Source: Octopus sinensis
Lineage: Eukaryota
Length of the DNA stretch: 64,000 nt
NCBI RefSeq assembly: GCF_006345805.1
Contig: NW_021833036.1
Span: 1 to 64,000, forward strand
Direction: 5' to 3'
Below, piece after piece: positions 1 to 12,405 of this stretch; position 1 is the stretch's first letter, and every line of letters starts with the position of its first letter. The notes under the pieces are model-generated. The model saw only the letters and a program-made list of their open reading frames with translations. It had not been told where the DNA came from and did no database searches. The translations under genes and the position numbers were made by a program.

Positions 1-678
1 TCTCATATCAAGATAAACAGCACATAACCTTGCGGGTGGGGCCCGTTTTAGAAAGTGTTTTCTACTATAGCCTCAGGACAACCAAATCCTTGTGAGTGGA
101 TTTGGTAGACGGAAACTGAAAGAAGCCTGTTGTATATATGTATATATATGTTTGTGTGTCTGTGTTTGTCCCCCTAGCATTGCTTGACAACCGATGCTGG
201 GTGTGTTTACGTACCCGTAACTTAGCGGTTTGGCAAAAGTGACCAATTGAAATAAGTACTAGGCTTACAAGGAATAAGTCCTGTGGTCGATTTGCTCGAC
301 TAAAGGCAGTCAGTGCTCCAGCATGGCCGCAGTCAAATGACTGAAACAAGTAAAAAGAGTATTGAACTCTTCATTCGTTTTGTGTCTACGAATGTTAATC
401 TCGTAATCTCGTTAATCTACGAATGTTAATCTCGTAATACGAGTCATTTACTTCCTTATACTTTTGTTCTGTCATACACGTGCATATAACCATCACCAAG
501 AGGGTACACTGGATGCCATTGCCCCCCCCCCCCACCCACCCCCTATTCAATGGTACACAAAAATCTTTCAGCAATACATTTCTTGAAGTCTGACTAACAT
601 GTCCATCGCTAAGGGGGTTGCCCCCTCGCTATTCAACAGTGTGCCCTCAGATTTACTCCACTTTAGCTTTATTACAAA

Positions 679-960
679 CTAGCAGTATCACCCAGTGTTG
701 CTCAGGCTTGTTTTCTTTTCGACCCTTTAGAATTGGAATTTTTGAGAAGTAAAAATTTTGCATTATGTAGCTTGTTATTCTCTTTAAGTGAACATTTTTC
801 TGGTTGAAATACACCGAAAAATGGCGACACAGCAGTCAAAAAATCGTTAAAAATAGGGATTTTCGTAGTAAAAAAGCACCTTTTTGATGTAAATAATTTT
901 TGGTGTTGACATGGTCCGATTTGAATTTTTTCTTCTACGGAATGAAGAGCAAGCCTTCTT
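679..960 (-). mobile_element. Non-autonomous Helitron, 3' part
   Basis: CTAG at 679-682 next to an imperfect hairpin; same terminal motif as the copy ending at 48136. Confidence 0.5.
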
Positions 961-1090
961 CTTGAAGATCTCCAGAGATCTCGGTCTTTTGTCATTGCCT
1001 CTGTGAGGCCCAACGTTCGAAGGTCATGCTTGACCACCTCATCCCATGTCTTCCTGGGTCTACCTCTACCACGGATTCCTTCAACTGTCT
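961..1090 (-). mobile_element. RTE-clade LINE ORF C-terminal fragment
   Basis: TVEGIRGRGRPRKTWDEVVKHDLRTLGLTEAMTKDRDLWR; a related rearranged piece lies at about 19876-20030. Confidence 0.8.
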
Positions 1091-1179
1091 GGGAGTTGCT
1101 GTCTCTCAATGACATAGAAATTACAATAGCAAAAAGAAAATAATAGGGAAAACCATAAAAAGTGAAAAGAAAATATCTT

Positions 1180-1580
1180 AGGCGCAGGAGTGGCTGTGTG
1201 GTAAGTAGCTTGCTTACCAACCACATGGTTCCGGGTTCAGTCCCACTGCGTGGCACCTTGGGCAAGTGTCTTCTACTATAGCCTCGGGCCGACCAATGCC
1301 TTGTGAGTGGATTTTGTAGACGGAAACTGAAAGAAGCCTGTCGTATATATGTATGTGTGTGTATGTGTTTGTGTGTCTGTGTTTTCCCCCTAGCATTGCT
1401 TGACAACCGATGCTGTGTGTTTATGTCCCCGTCACTTAGCGGTTCGCAAAAGAGACCGATAAAATAAGTACTGGGCTTACAAAAGAATAAGTCCCGGGGC
1501 GAGTTGCTCGATTGACTAAAGGCGGTGCTCCAGCATGACCGCAGTCAAATGACTGAAACAAGTAAAAGAGTAAAAGAGTA
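1180..1580 (+). mobile_element. tRNA-headed SINE family A (representative full copy)
   Basis: Head aggcgcaggagtggctgtgtggtaag (A box) and ggttcagtccc (B box); internal (AT)n/(GT)n; tail ggtgctccagcatggccgcagtcaaatgactgaaacaag(taaaagag)n. Confidence 0.9.
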
Positions 1581-1623
1581 AGTATTTTTTTTTTTTCTAT
1601 TTCTTTCCTTTTTTTCTGTACAG

Positions 1624-1752
1624 TTGATAGAAGAATGTCTGTGGATCACATTGGGCTACTTTCGTGCGCCCTACAATTTTGAGGTAAAGACTGGTGCCTT
1701 TTTCCTGCTCTATGGCTTGTACTCGACTCAGTTCTTTGTGCCTAAAGTCAGG
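1624..1752 (+). CDS. SNAPC1: SNAPC1 internal coding exon (first in window)
   Basis: ttctgtacag|TTG...AGG|gtaagt; 129 nt, phase 0/0. LIEECLWITLGYFRAPYNFEVKTGAFFLLYGLYSTQFFVPKVR matches recalled human FTKEALALAWRYFLPPYTFQIRVGALYLLYGLYNTQLCQPK. Confidence 0.88.
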
Positions 1753-1817
1753 GTAAGTAACTTCAAATTTCTGTCTAATTTCTCACTTTTGAAATGTTTT
1801 AACTGTTTAGCATTTAA

Positions 1818-2521
1818 CCCTTTTAGTGTTCTGATTATTCTATCGTTTGATAGAATAATGCTTACTGATTCACATTGATTTGAATTAACCCTTTTGTTAC
1901 TGTATTTATTTTGAGATGCTCTGTGTTTCTTTCAATTAATTTTAAATATAACAAAGAATTTAGTAAAATAACTTAGTTATCATTCAGCTAGTGTTAGGAA
2001 CATAAATTGTGACTAAGGTTTGGTGGAAGATTTTAATTCAAAACTTATGAAAACAAGACATTTGTACAATAGAGCCAGAGCTGGTTTCAGCCGGGTTGAT
2101 ATCAAAAGGGTTAAGAATTGTTTCTCTATTATATATTTTAACCCTTTTGTTACTATATTTCTGTTGAGATGCTCTGTGTTTCTTTCAATTACTTTAAATA
2201 TAACAAAGAATTTAGTAAAATAACTTAGTTATCATTCAGCTAGTGTTAGGAACATAAATTGTGACTAAGGTTTGGTGGAAGATTTTTATTCAAAACTTAT
2301 GAAAACAAGACATTTGTACTACAGAGCCAGAGCCGGTTTTGGCCGGGTTGGTAACGAAAGGGTTAATCATGCATTATCTCATATCTTCAAGATCTTTATG
2401 GTGTAATTACCTAATGTAGAATAACATTGTAGGGTAGGTGTGAGAGCCTGGATCTGGTCAGTTTGAACATAAAATAGATTAAATATTTTGGCCGGATATG
2501 GCCGGTTTAAATTCTAAAGGG
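1818..2521. mobile_element. piggyBac-type MITE (family B) with a nested dimer of family-A MITE at 1889-2362
   Basis: All units are bounded by TTAA-CCCTT...AAGGG-TTAA; the dimer sits in an internal TTAA of the host. Confidence 0.85.
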
Positions 2522-2639
2522 TTAAGGGCCATATCTGGCCCAAATATTCTACCACTTTTATGTTCAAACTGGCCAGATTTGGCCTCTCCCACCTACCCTG
2601 CAATATCATTTTTAAAATTATCACATTATTGAAATCTTG

Positions 2640-2950
2640 TGGAGGTGCAATGGCCCAGTGGTTAGGGCAGCGGACTTGCAGTCGTAGGATCGCGGTTTTG
2701 ATTCCCAGACTGGGCACTTTGAGTGTTTATTGAGCAAAAACACCTAAAGCTCCACAAGGCTTCGGCAGGGGATGGTGGTGAACCCTGCAGTACTCTTCCA
2801 CTACAACTTTCTCTCACTCTTTCTTCCTGTTTCTGTTGTACCTGTATTTCAAAGGGCCAGCCCTGTCACACTCTGTGTTACACTGAATCTCCCCTAGAAC
2901 TATGTTATGTGTACCCGTGTCTGTGGAGTACTCAGCCACTTGCATGTTAA
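2640..2950 (+). mobile_element. tRNA-headed SINE family D, 3'-truncated
   Basis: gtggaggtgcaatggcccagtggttaggg...ttttgattccc head; body shared with 4722-5100, 25742-26127 and 39763-40140. Confidence 0.8.
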
Positions 2951-3774
2951 TAAATGAACTGTCACGTCACAGGTGCCAAGCAGTATTGGCCCCTTTGCCT
3001 TTCCCTTGGATAACACTGGTGGCATGGTGAGGGGAGGCCGGTATGCGTGGGCAACTGCTGGTCTCCCATAAACAACCTTGCCCAGACTTGTGCCTCAGAG
3101 GGTAACTTTCTAGGTGCAATCCCATGGTCATTCATGACCAAAGGGGATCACAACAACACAACATTGAAATCTTGAAGCTACGAGATAATGCATGATTAAT
3201 TCAATATGGTATGAATAAATAACCATTACATTTGACTGAGTAATCTGATTGCTAAAGGGCTAAAGACCTGAAGGACCTCATCTGCTCTGAGTCCTTTGGA
3301 GTGTCTGTAAGAGACCTTCCGCCAGAGGCAATTACTCAACATGCTAATTAACCCATAGCAGCTGGGATCCTGATAGGGGCTACATCTCCAGTAGAGCCGG
3401 GAACAATAGTGGCTGGGAGGGGTAGTTCCACACTCCTCAAAACCCCTGTATCTTCTGAACCTGGGCCCAATGTCTGGATAAACTTTAATCCCTTAGCATT
3501 GAAACCAGCCATATCCAGCCAAAATATTCTCCCTTGTTTTATGTTCAAATTGGCCAGATCTGGACTCTCACACCAGCCCTACTATATAATTCTAAAAATG
3601 TTCTGGAAAGAAATATCTCAGACCAATCTTTTGTCTCTCATTAGAACAATTGCTAGCATGGGTTGGACGATTTGACTGAGGTCTGGTGAACCAAACTCCA
3701 ATCTGATCTGGCAGAGTTTCTACAGCTGGATGCCCTTCCTAACGCCAACCACTCTGAAAGTGTAATATATCATC

Positions 3775-4265
3775 ATCATCATCGTTTAACGTCCATTTTC
3801 CATGCTAGCATGGGTTGGACGGTTCAACTGGGGTCTGGGGAGCCCGAAGACTGCACCAGGCCAGTCAGATCTGGCAGTGTTTCTACAGCTGGATGCCCTT
3901 CCCAACGCCAACCACTCCGAGAGTGTAGTGGGTGATTTTATGTGCCAGCGACACAGGTGCCAGTCGAGGCTGGCGAACGGCCACGCTCGGATGGTGTTTT
4001 TTTATGTGCCACCGACACAGGTGCCAGACAAGGCTGGCTGACAGCCATGCTCGGATGGTGTTTTTTATGTGTCACCGACACAGGTGCCAGACGAGGCTGG
4101 CGAACGGCCATGCTCGGATGGTGTTTTTTTATGTGCCACCGACACAGGTGCCAGACGAGGCTGGCTGACGGCCATGCTCGGATGGTGTTTTTTATGTGTC
4201 ACCGACACAGGTGCCAGACGAGGCTGGCGAACGGCCACGCTTGGATGGTGTTTTTTATGTGCCTT
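3775..4265 (-). mobile_element. RTE 3'-UTR element (family C) with about 5 tandem ~62-bp modules
   Basis: (CAT)n tail at 3775; repeated gtgccaccgacacaggtgccagacgaggctggc units at 3935-4262. Confidence 0.8.
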
Positions 4266-4721
4266 TTATATATATATATATATATAGGAAAAAAGCAACA
4301 AGAATGGATTAAAATATCGGTACAATTGTTTCGTACAAGGACATCTTTAATAAGCTACAAAAAATGCTGTTAATACAGATGGCTCGTACTCGTCAGCCGA
4401 AAAACATCAGAGATTCCTAAACATCAAAAGGGGTTGATACAAATGAGGGTGTGAGTTTAACTGCATTGAAGAAAGTTCGATTCCTGGAGATCCGATGAAA
4501 GGTCTTGAACTTACAGAATTTGTGCATGTCCATATATAGTTCATAGTGAATTGTTAATCAAGTTATGTGAAGAAATTTTGGATACAGTCATGCGAAATTT
4601 CTGAGAATCCGAGTAAGAAGCAAAGTGACATTCCTATATATATATATGACAGGGTACTGAAAAGTTCCTAATTTTAAGGGTATCATCAAAGGCCTGGTTT
4701 ATTAATTCAGTATCATGGAAG

Positions 4722-5100
4722 CACTCCGTCGGTTACGATGACGAGGGTTCCGGTTGATCCGATCAACGGAACAGCCTGCTCGTGAAATTAACGTGTAAGT
4801 GGCTGAGCACTCCACAGACATGTGTACCCTTAACATAGTTCTCGGGGATATTCAGCGTGACACAGAGAGTGACAAGGCCGGCCCTTTGAAATACAGGTAC
4901 AACAGAAACAGGAAGTAAGAGTGAGAGAAAGTTGTGGTGAAAAAGTACAGCAGGGATCACCACCATCCCCTGCCGGAGCCTCGTGGAGCTTTTAGGTGTT
5001 TTCGCTCAATAAACACTCACAATGCCCGGTCTGGGAATCGAAACCGCGATCCTCCGACCACAAGTCTGCTGCCCTAACCACTGGGCCATTGCGCCTCCAC
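4722..5100 (-). mobile_element. SINE family D, full length
   Basis: Reverse complement of the 25742-26127 copy. Confidence 0.85.
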
Positions 5101-5447
5101 AATTCAGTATCATGTTACTCCATTGAGATGAATTTTTTAAAACTTCTTGTATCCTGAAGTCAACACAATTATTTATAACCTTAGTCAAATGAATTCATTA
5201 AAGCATCAGGGGTGCTGAAAAGGTCCTCGCTTTAGTAAAAGAAAATACAGGAGTATCAGTGGATTATGATTTTATTCAAGGCACGTAAAAAGCACCCACT
5301 ACACTCACGGAGTGGTTGGCGTTAGGAAGGACATGCAGCTGTAGAAACCAGATCAGATTGGAGTCTGGTTCGCCAGACCTCAGTCAAATCGTCCAACCCA
5401 TGCTAGCATGGAAAGTGAACGTTAAACAATGATGAGGATGAATAGTT

Positions 5448-5858
5448 AGGCGCAGGAGTGGCTGTGTGGTATGTAGCTTGCTAACCAACCACATGGTTCC
5501 GGGTTCAGTCCCACTGCGTGGCATCTTGGGCAAGTGTCTTCTGCTATAGCCCCGGGCCGACCAATGCCTTGTGAGTGGATTTGGTAGACGGAAACTGAAA
5601 GAAGCCTGTCGTATATATGTATATATATATGTGTGTTTGTTTGTGTGTCTGTGTTTGTCCCACTAGCATTGCTTGACAACCGATGCTGTTGCGTTTACGT
5701 CCCTGTTACTTAGCGGTTCGGCAAAAAAGAGACCGATAGAATAAGTATTGGGCTTTCGAAAGAATAAGTCCCTGGGTCAAGTTGCTCAATTAAAGGCGGT
5801 GCTCCAGCATGGCCGCAGTCAAATGACTGAAACAAGTAAAAAAAAAAAGAGAAAGAGT
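5448..5858 (+). mobile_element. SINE family A
   Basis: Same head, body and tail as 1180-1580. Confidence 0.9.
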
Positions 5859-6096
5859 TACTTCATCAAAATCTCAAAGCTCCAAGATAATGCAGGATTA
5901 ATTTAAAACAATCTGAATAAATAAGCATTACTATTGACAGAATAACATGAATACTAAAGGGTTAGTCATACCCATTGGTTAAACATACCCTATGAGAGAT
6001 ACTAGCAAGTGTAATACTAAGCTGTATGACACTGGTGAGCTGGCAGAATTATTAGCATGCCAGGCAAAATGCCTAATGGTATTTCATCCATCTTTG

Positions 6097-6640
6097 GAGG
6101 CGGTGAGCTGGCAGAAACGTTAGCACGCCGGGCGAAATGCTTAGCTGTATTTCGTCTGCCGTTACGTTCTGAGTTCAAATTCCGCCGAGGTCAACTTTGC
6201 CTTTCATCCTTTCAGGGTCGATAAATTAAGTACCAGTTACGCACTGGGGTCGATATTATCGACTGAACCCGTTTGTCTCTCCTTGTTTGTCCCCTCTGTG
6301 TTTAGCCCCTTGTGGGTAGTAAAGAAATAGGTATTTCGTCCGTCTTTACTTTCTGAGTTCAAATTCCACCGAGGTCGACTTTGCCTTTCATCCTTTCGGG
6401 GTCGATTAAATAAGTACCAGTTAAGCACTGGGGTCGATATAATCAACTTAATCCGTTGGTCTGTCCTTGTGTCTCCCCTCTGTGTTTAGCTCCTTGAGGG
6501 TTGTAAAGAAATAGGTATTTCGTTTGCCACTACGTTCTGAGTTCAAATTCTGCTCTAGTTTGCTTTGTCTTTCATCCTTTTACAGTTGATAAATTGAGTA
6601 CCAGTTGAAGATTTGGGACAAGGTAATTGACTTAACTCCT
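6097..6640 (+). mobile_element. tRNA-headed SINE family B (Meta-like core), tandem multimer
   Basis: ggcggtgagctggcagaaacgttagc head; gagttcaaattcc B box; gcctttcatcctttcggggtcgat core repeated. Confidence 0.85.
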
Positions 6641-6689
6641 CCTCCAAATTTACTGGCCTTGTGCCTAAATTTGAAACCAATATTCACAG

Positions 6690-7130
6690 TATTGTGCATT
6701 GAAAATTCATTCCCCTGGGCCAGGCCATCAATCAAGAGTTCTACTGTGACATTTTAAAGTGTTTGAGGGAGGATATTTGGTAAAAGCAACCGGATCTTCG
6801 GCATGCAAAGAATTAGATTCTTCATGACAACAATGCACTCTGTCTCCAAGCTCTCCTCACTCATGAGTTTCTCACCAAAAACAGCATAGTTTCACTTTCA
6901 CATCCACCCTCTTCACCAGATTTAACACCTGTGAACTTCCATCTCTTCCCCAAGTTGAAAATGCAGCTCAGAGGTCACTGTTTTAACACTGTTGTCAAGA
7001 TCAAGAGCAAATGCAGGTCCTTGACTTACTTATGGGAATCAGCTTCCAGGCTAGACTCCAAATGTCACAGGAATGTTAGGACCAGTGTATTGCTACACAA
7101 GGAGACTATTTTGAAGATAATGGAAGCAGA
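6690..7130 (+). mobile_element. Decayed mariner transposase fragment
   Basis: ILHDNNA and HPPSSPDLTPVNFHLFPKLK (YSPDL-type motif) with stops and frameshifts. Confidence 0.8.
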
Positions 7131-7489
7131 GTCAAACCATCCGACCCATGCCGGCATAGACAACAGACGTAAAATGTTGATGATGATGATGCCCTACACA
7201 AAATACTAGTTAGTGTAAGGTTCAACTGTCTGTTCCTACAGATCAGGTGTACCCAGATGGGGCTATGTATCATCATCATCATTTAATGTCCGTTTTCCAT
7301 GCTAGCATGGGTTGGACGATTTGACTGAGGGCTGGCAAGCTCAATGGCTGCACTAGGCTCCAGTCTGATCTGGCAGAATTTCTGCAGCTGGATGCTCTTC
7401 CTGTTGCTAACACTCACCTGTTTCCATACAAGGTGATGTGTTGCCATGGTGAGGCAGCAAGCTGGGCAGAATTGTTGCCATCGTCATCA

Positions 7490-7830
7490 TCATCGTTTAA
7501 CGTCCGCTTTCCATGCTAGCATGGGTTGGACGACTTGACTGAGGACTGGCGAACCAGATGGCTGCATCAGGCTCCAGTCTGATCTGGCAGAGTTTCTACA
7601 GCTGGATACCCTTCCTAACGCCAACCACTCCATGAGTGTAATGGGTACTTTTATATGGCAGTGGCACAGGTGCCATTTGCATGACACTGGGGTGTGTTTA
7701 CGTGCCCCCGGCATGGGTGCCAATTAGTGTGACACCAGTATCTTCCACAATTGCGATTTTGCTTGGCTTGATGGGTCTTCCTCTGAAACACAACATAATA
7801 CCAAAGCTCTTGGTCATAGCCTCAATGAGG
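7490..7830 (-). mobile_element. 5'-truncated RTE LINE end (ORF end plus family-C 3' UTR)
   Basis: LGLIEAMTK..LWYYVV..KTHQAK is joined directly to family-C modules and an (ATG)n tail. Confidence 0.75.
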
Positions 7831-8156
7831 CCCAATACTCATATATATATATATATATATATATCATCATCATCATCGTTTAACATCTGCTTCCCATGCT
7901 GGCATGGGTTGGACGTTTTGACTGAGGTCTGGCGAACCAGAAGGCTGCACGAGGCTCCAATCTGATCTGGCAGAGTTTCTACAGCTGGATGCCCTTCCTA
8001 ACGCCAACCACTCCGAGAATGTAGTGGGTGCTTTTACGTGCCACCGGCACGAGGGCCAGTCAGGCGGTACTGGTAATGGCCACGCTCGAATGGTGCTTTT
8101 TATGTGTCACCTGCACAGGAGCCAGTCCAGCAGCACTGGCAACGACCTCACTCGGA

Positions 8157-8325
8157 CAATGACAACATACCCTATACGAGATGCCAGTTAGTGTAATTTC
8201 CAACTGCATATTCCTACGGATCAGGTGTACCCAGATGGGGGTATGTTCTTTATAAAAGCATACCCTATGAGAGATGCCAGTTAGTGTAACATTCAATTGT
8301 ATATTTCCACAGATCAGGTGTACCC
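8157..8325 (+). repeat. 93-bp tandem duplication overlapping the SNAPC1 acceptor at 8313
   Basis: cataccctat..gagatgccagttagtgtaa...cct/ccac(a/g)gATCAGGTGTACCC occurs twice; related copies at 5981-6020, 7191-7268 and 14768-14990. Confidence 0.9.
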
Positions 8326-8453
8326 TAAACAACTGGGAAGAACTGAACTGTTTCATCAAGGAAGCCATGTCTAAAGAGATGACCGATGTTGAATTTATCT
8401 TCCATCGACTGTGTGTTTTGAAAGCCTTCATTTACGTCGCTTCTCCAAACAAT
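8313..8453 (+). CDS. SNAPC1: SNAPC1 coding exon
   Basis: tttccacag|ATC...AAT|gtaagt; 141 nt, phase 0/0. IRCTLNNWEELNCFIKEAMSKEMTDVEFIFHRLCVLKAFIYVASPNN matches recalled human IRVALKDWDEVLKFQQDLVNAQHFDAAYIFRKLRLDRAFHFTAMP. Confidence 0.88.
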
Positions 8454-9119
8454 GTAAGTATTCGCACAACCCTCATTTCCTCGCTGTCCGTCTATCGGCA
8501 TAGACATGTTTCTTTTTCTGCTTGCCTATCATCTATCTCTCTACATCTGTATTTTTCTCTGTCTGTCTGTAGCAATAATAATAATAATAATAATATTCTG
8601 ATCTTAACGGATTGGAAGTGTTATCATGTACATTGTTTTGTCTTGGTATAAAAGATGGGCTACAGCAAATATTCTCCTCAATACCACAGATTTGCTTGTC
8701 AGTTGTTTGACCTTAACCAGTTGAGCATGTCCCTTGGTGGCTGGCGATATGTGCATCTCTGATCACAAGAAGAAGTAGTGGGGGAGCATCATAGCCATGT
8801 GTTGAGAGGGATTCTTTGGGGTTTGAATAATGCACCTCTGGAAACATGTGTGGTTCTTTCAACATCCTTAAACAACCCTTATTCAGGGACCTTTTGAGCG
8901 GGATGGGCTACTCAACCTGAAGAAAATTCTAACTGGGCTCCACCTGCAAGGTCAAGTGCTGTTTATCTTGATATGAGATCACCATGTCGCGCACATATGG
9001 TTGTGATGCATGTGCCTGGTGTACCTTTATCAGACGGGTAGTCATGATGGGTATATTGGGCTTCGTATATTTTACCCCAGTGTCACTTTGATGGCATGAA
9101 CTGCTCTCTCACTCAATAA

Positions 9120-9390
9120 TAATAATAATAATAATTGTGTACAGTGCTCAGGTGCACTACAACTCATCTAAAGTGTATATATAATCAGGTATAGTTTCGG
9201 CGGATTTCGGAAAGCATGAGGGCCTTAAAGGATGCAGTGTCATGGCAGTCAACAACTGACACAGGCAGTTTATTCCATGCTTCAGCAACTCTGAGCGTGA
9301 AAAAATGTTTCCGAAAGTCGTGGAAGGAGCTGTGTTGTTTTCTGACTTTGTAAACATGTCCACAGGTGTTAGACAGGTGGAGATCAAGAC
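9120..9390 (-). mobile_element. CR1-clade LINE 3' fragment
   Basis: Same sequence as 29100-29610 (HVYKVRKQHSSFHDF...FFTLRVAEAWNKL-type C-terminus). Confidence 0.75.
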
Positions 9391-9448
9391 AGGAAAGATC
9401 TATCTTGTTGGTGTGGCAGACTTCCTTTGTGCTCTCTCTTTTTCACTC

Positions 9449-10018
9449 TCTTATTTGTTTCAGTCATGTGACTGTGGCCATGCTGGAGCACCGCCTGTAG
9501 TCGAGCAAATCGGTCCCCCGGACTTATTCTTTGTAAGCCTAGTACTTATCCTCTCGGGCTCTTTTGCCAAACCGCTAAGTTACGAGGATGTAAACACACC
9601 AGCATCGGTTGTCAAGCGATGTTGGTGGGGGACAAACATATACACACACTTATATATATATACATATATACAACGGGCTTCTTTCAGTTTCCGTCTACCA
9701 AATCCACTCACAAAACTTTGGTCAGCGCGAGGCTATAGTAGAAGACACTTGCCCAAGGTGCCACGCAGTGGGACTGAACCCGGAACCATGTGGTTAGTAA
9801 GCAAGCTACTTACCACACAGCCACTCCTGTGACATATATATATTTATATACATAGATACGACGGGCTTCTTTCAGTTTCCATCTACCAAATCCACTCACA
9901 AGGCTTTGGTCGGCCTGAGGCTATAGTAGAAGACACTTGCCCAAGGTGCCACGCAGTGGGACTGAACCCGGAACCATGTGGTTGGTAAGCAAGCTATTTA
10001 CCACACAGCCACTCCTGT

Positions 10019-10068
<50 letters not shown>

Positions 10069-10233
10069 GATACGACGGGCTTCTTTCAGTTTCCGTCTAC
10101 CAAATCCACTCACAAGGCTTTGGTCGGCCTGAGGCTATAGTAGAAAACACTTGCCCAAGGTGCCACGCAGTGGGACTGAACCCAGAACCCTGTGATTGGT
10201 AAGCAAGCTTCTTACCACACAGCCACTCCTGCA
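9449..10233 (-). mobile_element. SINE family A with a triplicated 5' half
   Basis: Three tandem head segments separated by (AT)n. Confidence 0.85.
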
Positions 10234-10577
10234 CCTATGTTTATCTTTCTATTCGTATATTTCTAGCTTTCCATGTCTATCTTCTATCTCTACATTTCTT
10301 CATCTAGGTATCTACCTAATTCTATATCTTGTACGAGCAAAACGCCCCCCGTCCAATGGACAGTACTGAATCATATCTGCTGAATAAAAAGCAATCAGTG
10401 TTTCCTTTTCATTAAAAAATAATTAAGTATACCTTTATTTCAATAAAATTTTTGGTTTTGTTCAACGAAGTTAAGGCAAAAAAAAAAAAAAGACTTCTTC
10501 AGAAACCAAATAGTCTTTCCTTCCTTCATGCCAAGTTTGAAGAAAATATCTCTTTTGCATCTTACTTTTTTGGTCTC

Positions 10578-11780
10578 TTAAATATACTGCATTTTGTGGC
10601 ATTATTTCAAGCCAGCCGGCTTTTTTTGCACAAACTGCACGTGCATTTTTCTAGCGTACGCATAGTATCGATCGCAACAGTTGATGTACTTGCGCGTACA
10701 AATGCACGTTCCCACGGCTTTATCAATCACATTCTCACCTGGAATCGAGTTTTGTAATTTTTTCAAGACCCTGATACCGTCAAAATTTGATATGTAGATA
10801 CCAACGGTATATGTAGATACGGCAGCAAGTTGGCAGAAACGTTAGCACGCCAGGCGAAATGCCTAGCGGTATTTCGTCTGCCGTTATGTTCTGAGTTCAA
10901 ATTCCGCCGAGGTCGACTTTGCCTTTCATCCTTTCAGGGTCGATAAATTAAATACCAGTTACGCACTGGGGTCGATGTAATCAACTTAATCCCTTTGTCC
11001 CCTCTGTGTGTAGCACCTTGTGGGAAGTAAAGAAATAGGTATTTCGTCTGCCGTTACGTTCTGAGTTCAAATTCCGCCGAGGTCGACTTTGCCTTTCATC
11101 CTTTCAGGGTCGATAAATTAAATACCAGTTACGCACTGGGGTCGATGTAATCAACTTAATCCCTTTGTCCCCTCTGTGTGTAGCACCTTGTGGGAAGTAA
11201 AGAAATAGGTATTTCGTCTGCCGTTACGTTCTGAGTTCAAATTCCGCCGAGGTCGACTTTGCCTTTCATCCTTTCAGGGTCGATAAATTAAATACCAGTT
11301 ACGCACTGGGGTCGATGTAATCAACTTAATCCCTTTGTCCCCTCTGTGTGTAGCACCTTGTGGGAAGTAAAGAAATAGGTATTTCGTCTGCCGTTACGTT
11401 CTGAGTTCAAATTCCGCCGAGGTCGACTTTGCCTTTCATCCTTTCAGGGTCGATAAATTAAATACCAGTTACACACTGGGGTCGATGTAATCGACTTAAT
11501 CCGTTTGTCCCCTCTGTGTGTAGCCCCTTGTGGGTAGTAAAGAAATAGGTATATGTAGATACCGACGGTATCAGGGCATGTATAAGTCTTGATAAAATTA
11601 CAAAATTCGATTCCAGGTGAGAATGCGATCGATAAAGCCCGTGGGAACGTGCATTTGTACGCGCAAGTACATCAGCTGCTGCGATCGATATTACGCGTGC
11701 ACGAGAAAAATGCACATGCAGTTTGCGCAAAAAAAGCCAGCTGGCTTGAAATAATGCCACAAAATGCAGTATATTTAAAG
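10578..11780. mobile_element. Fold-back element with ~200-bp arms, interrupted at its centre by a SINE-B tetramer
   Basis: ttaaatatactgcattttgtggc... and ...gccacaaaatgcagtatatttaa; inner inverted repeat ccctgataccgtc/gacggtatcaggg. Confidence 0.75.
10821..11547 (+). mobile_element. SINE family B, one head plus 4 tandem ~170-bp units, 15-bp TSD
   Basis: TSD GGTATATGTAGATAC at 10806-10820 and 11548-11562. Confidence 0.9.
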
Positions 11781-12263
11781 TTGATTAACGTCTTCTGAAT
11801 TGGGAGCTTGGGTGGCAAGAAACTATGCAGAAGCCTTGTGTGTGTATATGTCGTGGCCGATGCCAGCGCCGCCTCGACTGGCCTCCGTGCCAGTGGCATG
11901 TAAAATACACCAATCCGACCGTGGCCGTTGCCAGCCTCGCCTGGCACCTGTGCAGGTGGCACGTATAAAGCACCCACTACACTCACGGAGTGGTTGGCGT
12001 TAGGAAGGGCATCCAGCTGTAGAAACACTGCCAGATAACACTGGAGCCTGGTGCAGCCTTCTGGCTTCCCAGATCCCCGGTCGAACCGTCCAACCCATGC
12101 TAGCATGGTGAACGGACGTTAAACGATGATGATGATGATGATGATGATGATTTTGTGGTTGTTGTTATTCCTAACTTTGGGCCTTTGTTGTTACCTATTT
12201 GTTGCTTGTTGCTTTGCTGGTTGTCCCTTTATTCTTCCACTTGTTCTTGTTGTTTCTTTTCAG

Positions 12264-12371
12264 GTCTTTCAGAGAGAATACTCTTACGATTCCTCTGAGG
12301 AAATGGTCAAAACTCTCTACAATAAACAAACCCCAGCCATCGAAGAACTTTTCAATACAGAAAACGTCCAG
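12264..12371 (+). CDS. SNAPC1: SNAPC1 coding exon
   Basis: gtttcttttcag|GTC...CAG|gtttgt; 108 nt, phase 0/0. VFQREYSYDSSEEMVKTLYNKQTPAIEELFNTENVQ has the length expected between the flanking conserved blocks. Confidence 0.8.
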
Positions 12372-12405
12372 GTTTGTCGCATTCCTCTTCTGTCTTCCCT
12401 TTTAA

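Noticed and set aside
361-660. Upstream SNAPC1 exon in unique sequence
   Set aside because: No frame resembles the SNAPC1 N-terminus (DxExLL.RF, FxxFxxLW), and there is no acceptor/donor pair.
11870-12000. HDV-like or twister ribozyme in family-C modules (CCAG-CCTCG-CTGG; GCCGGT...TAAAAA)
   Set aside because: I could not build P1/P1.1/P2 pairing or the twister pseudoknots by eye; only short motifs match.
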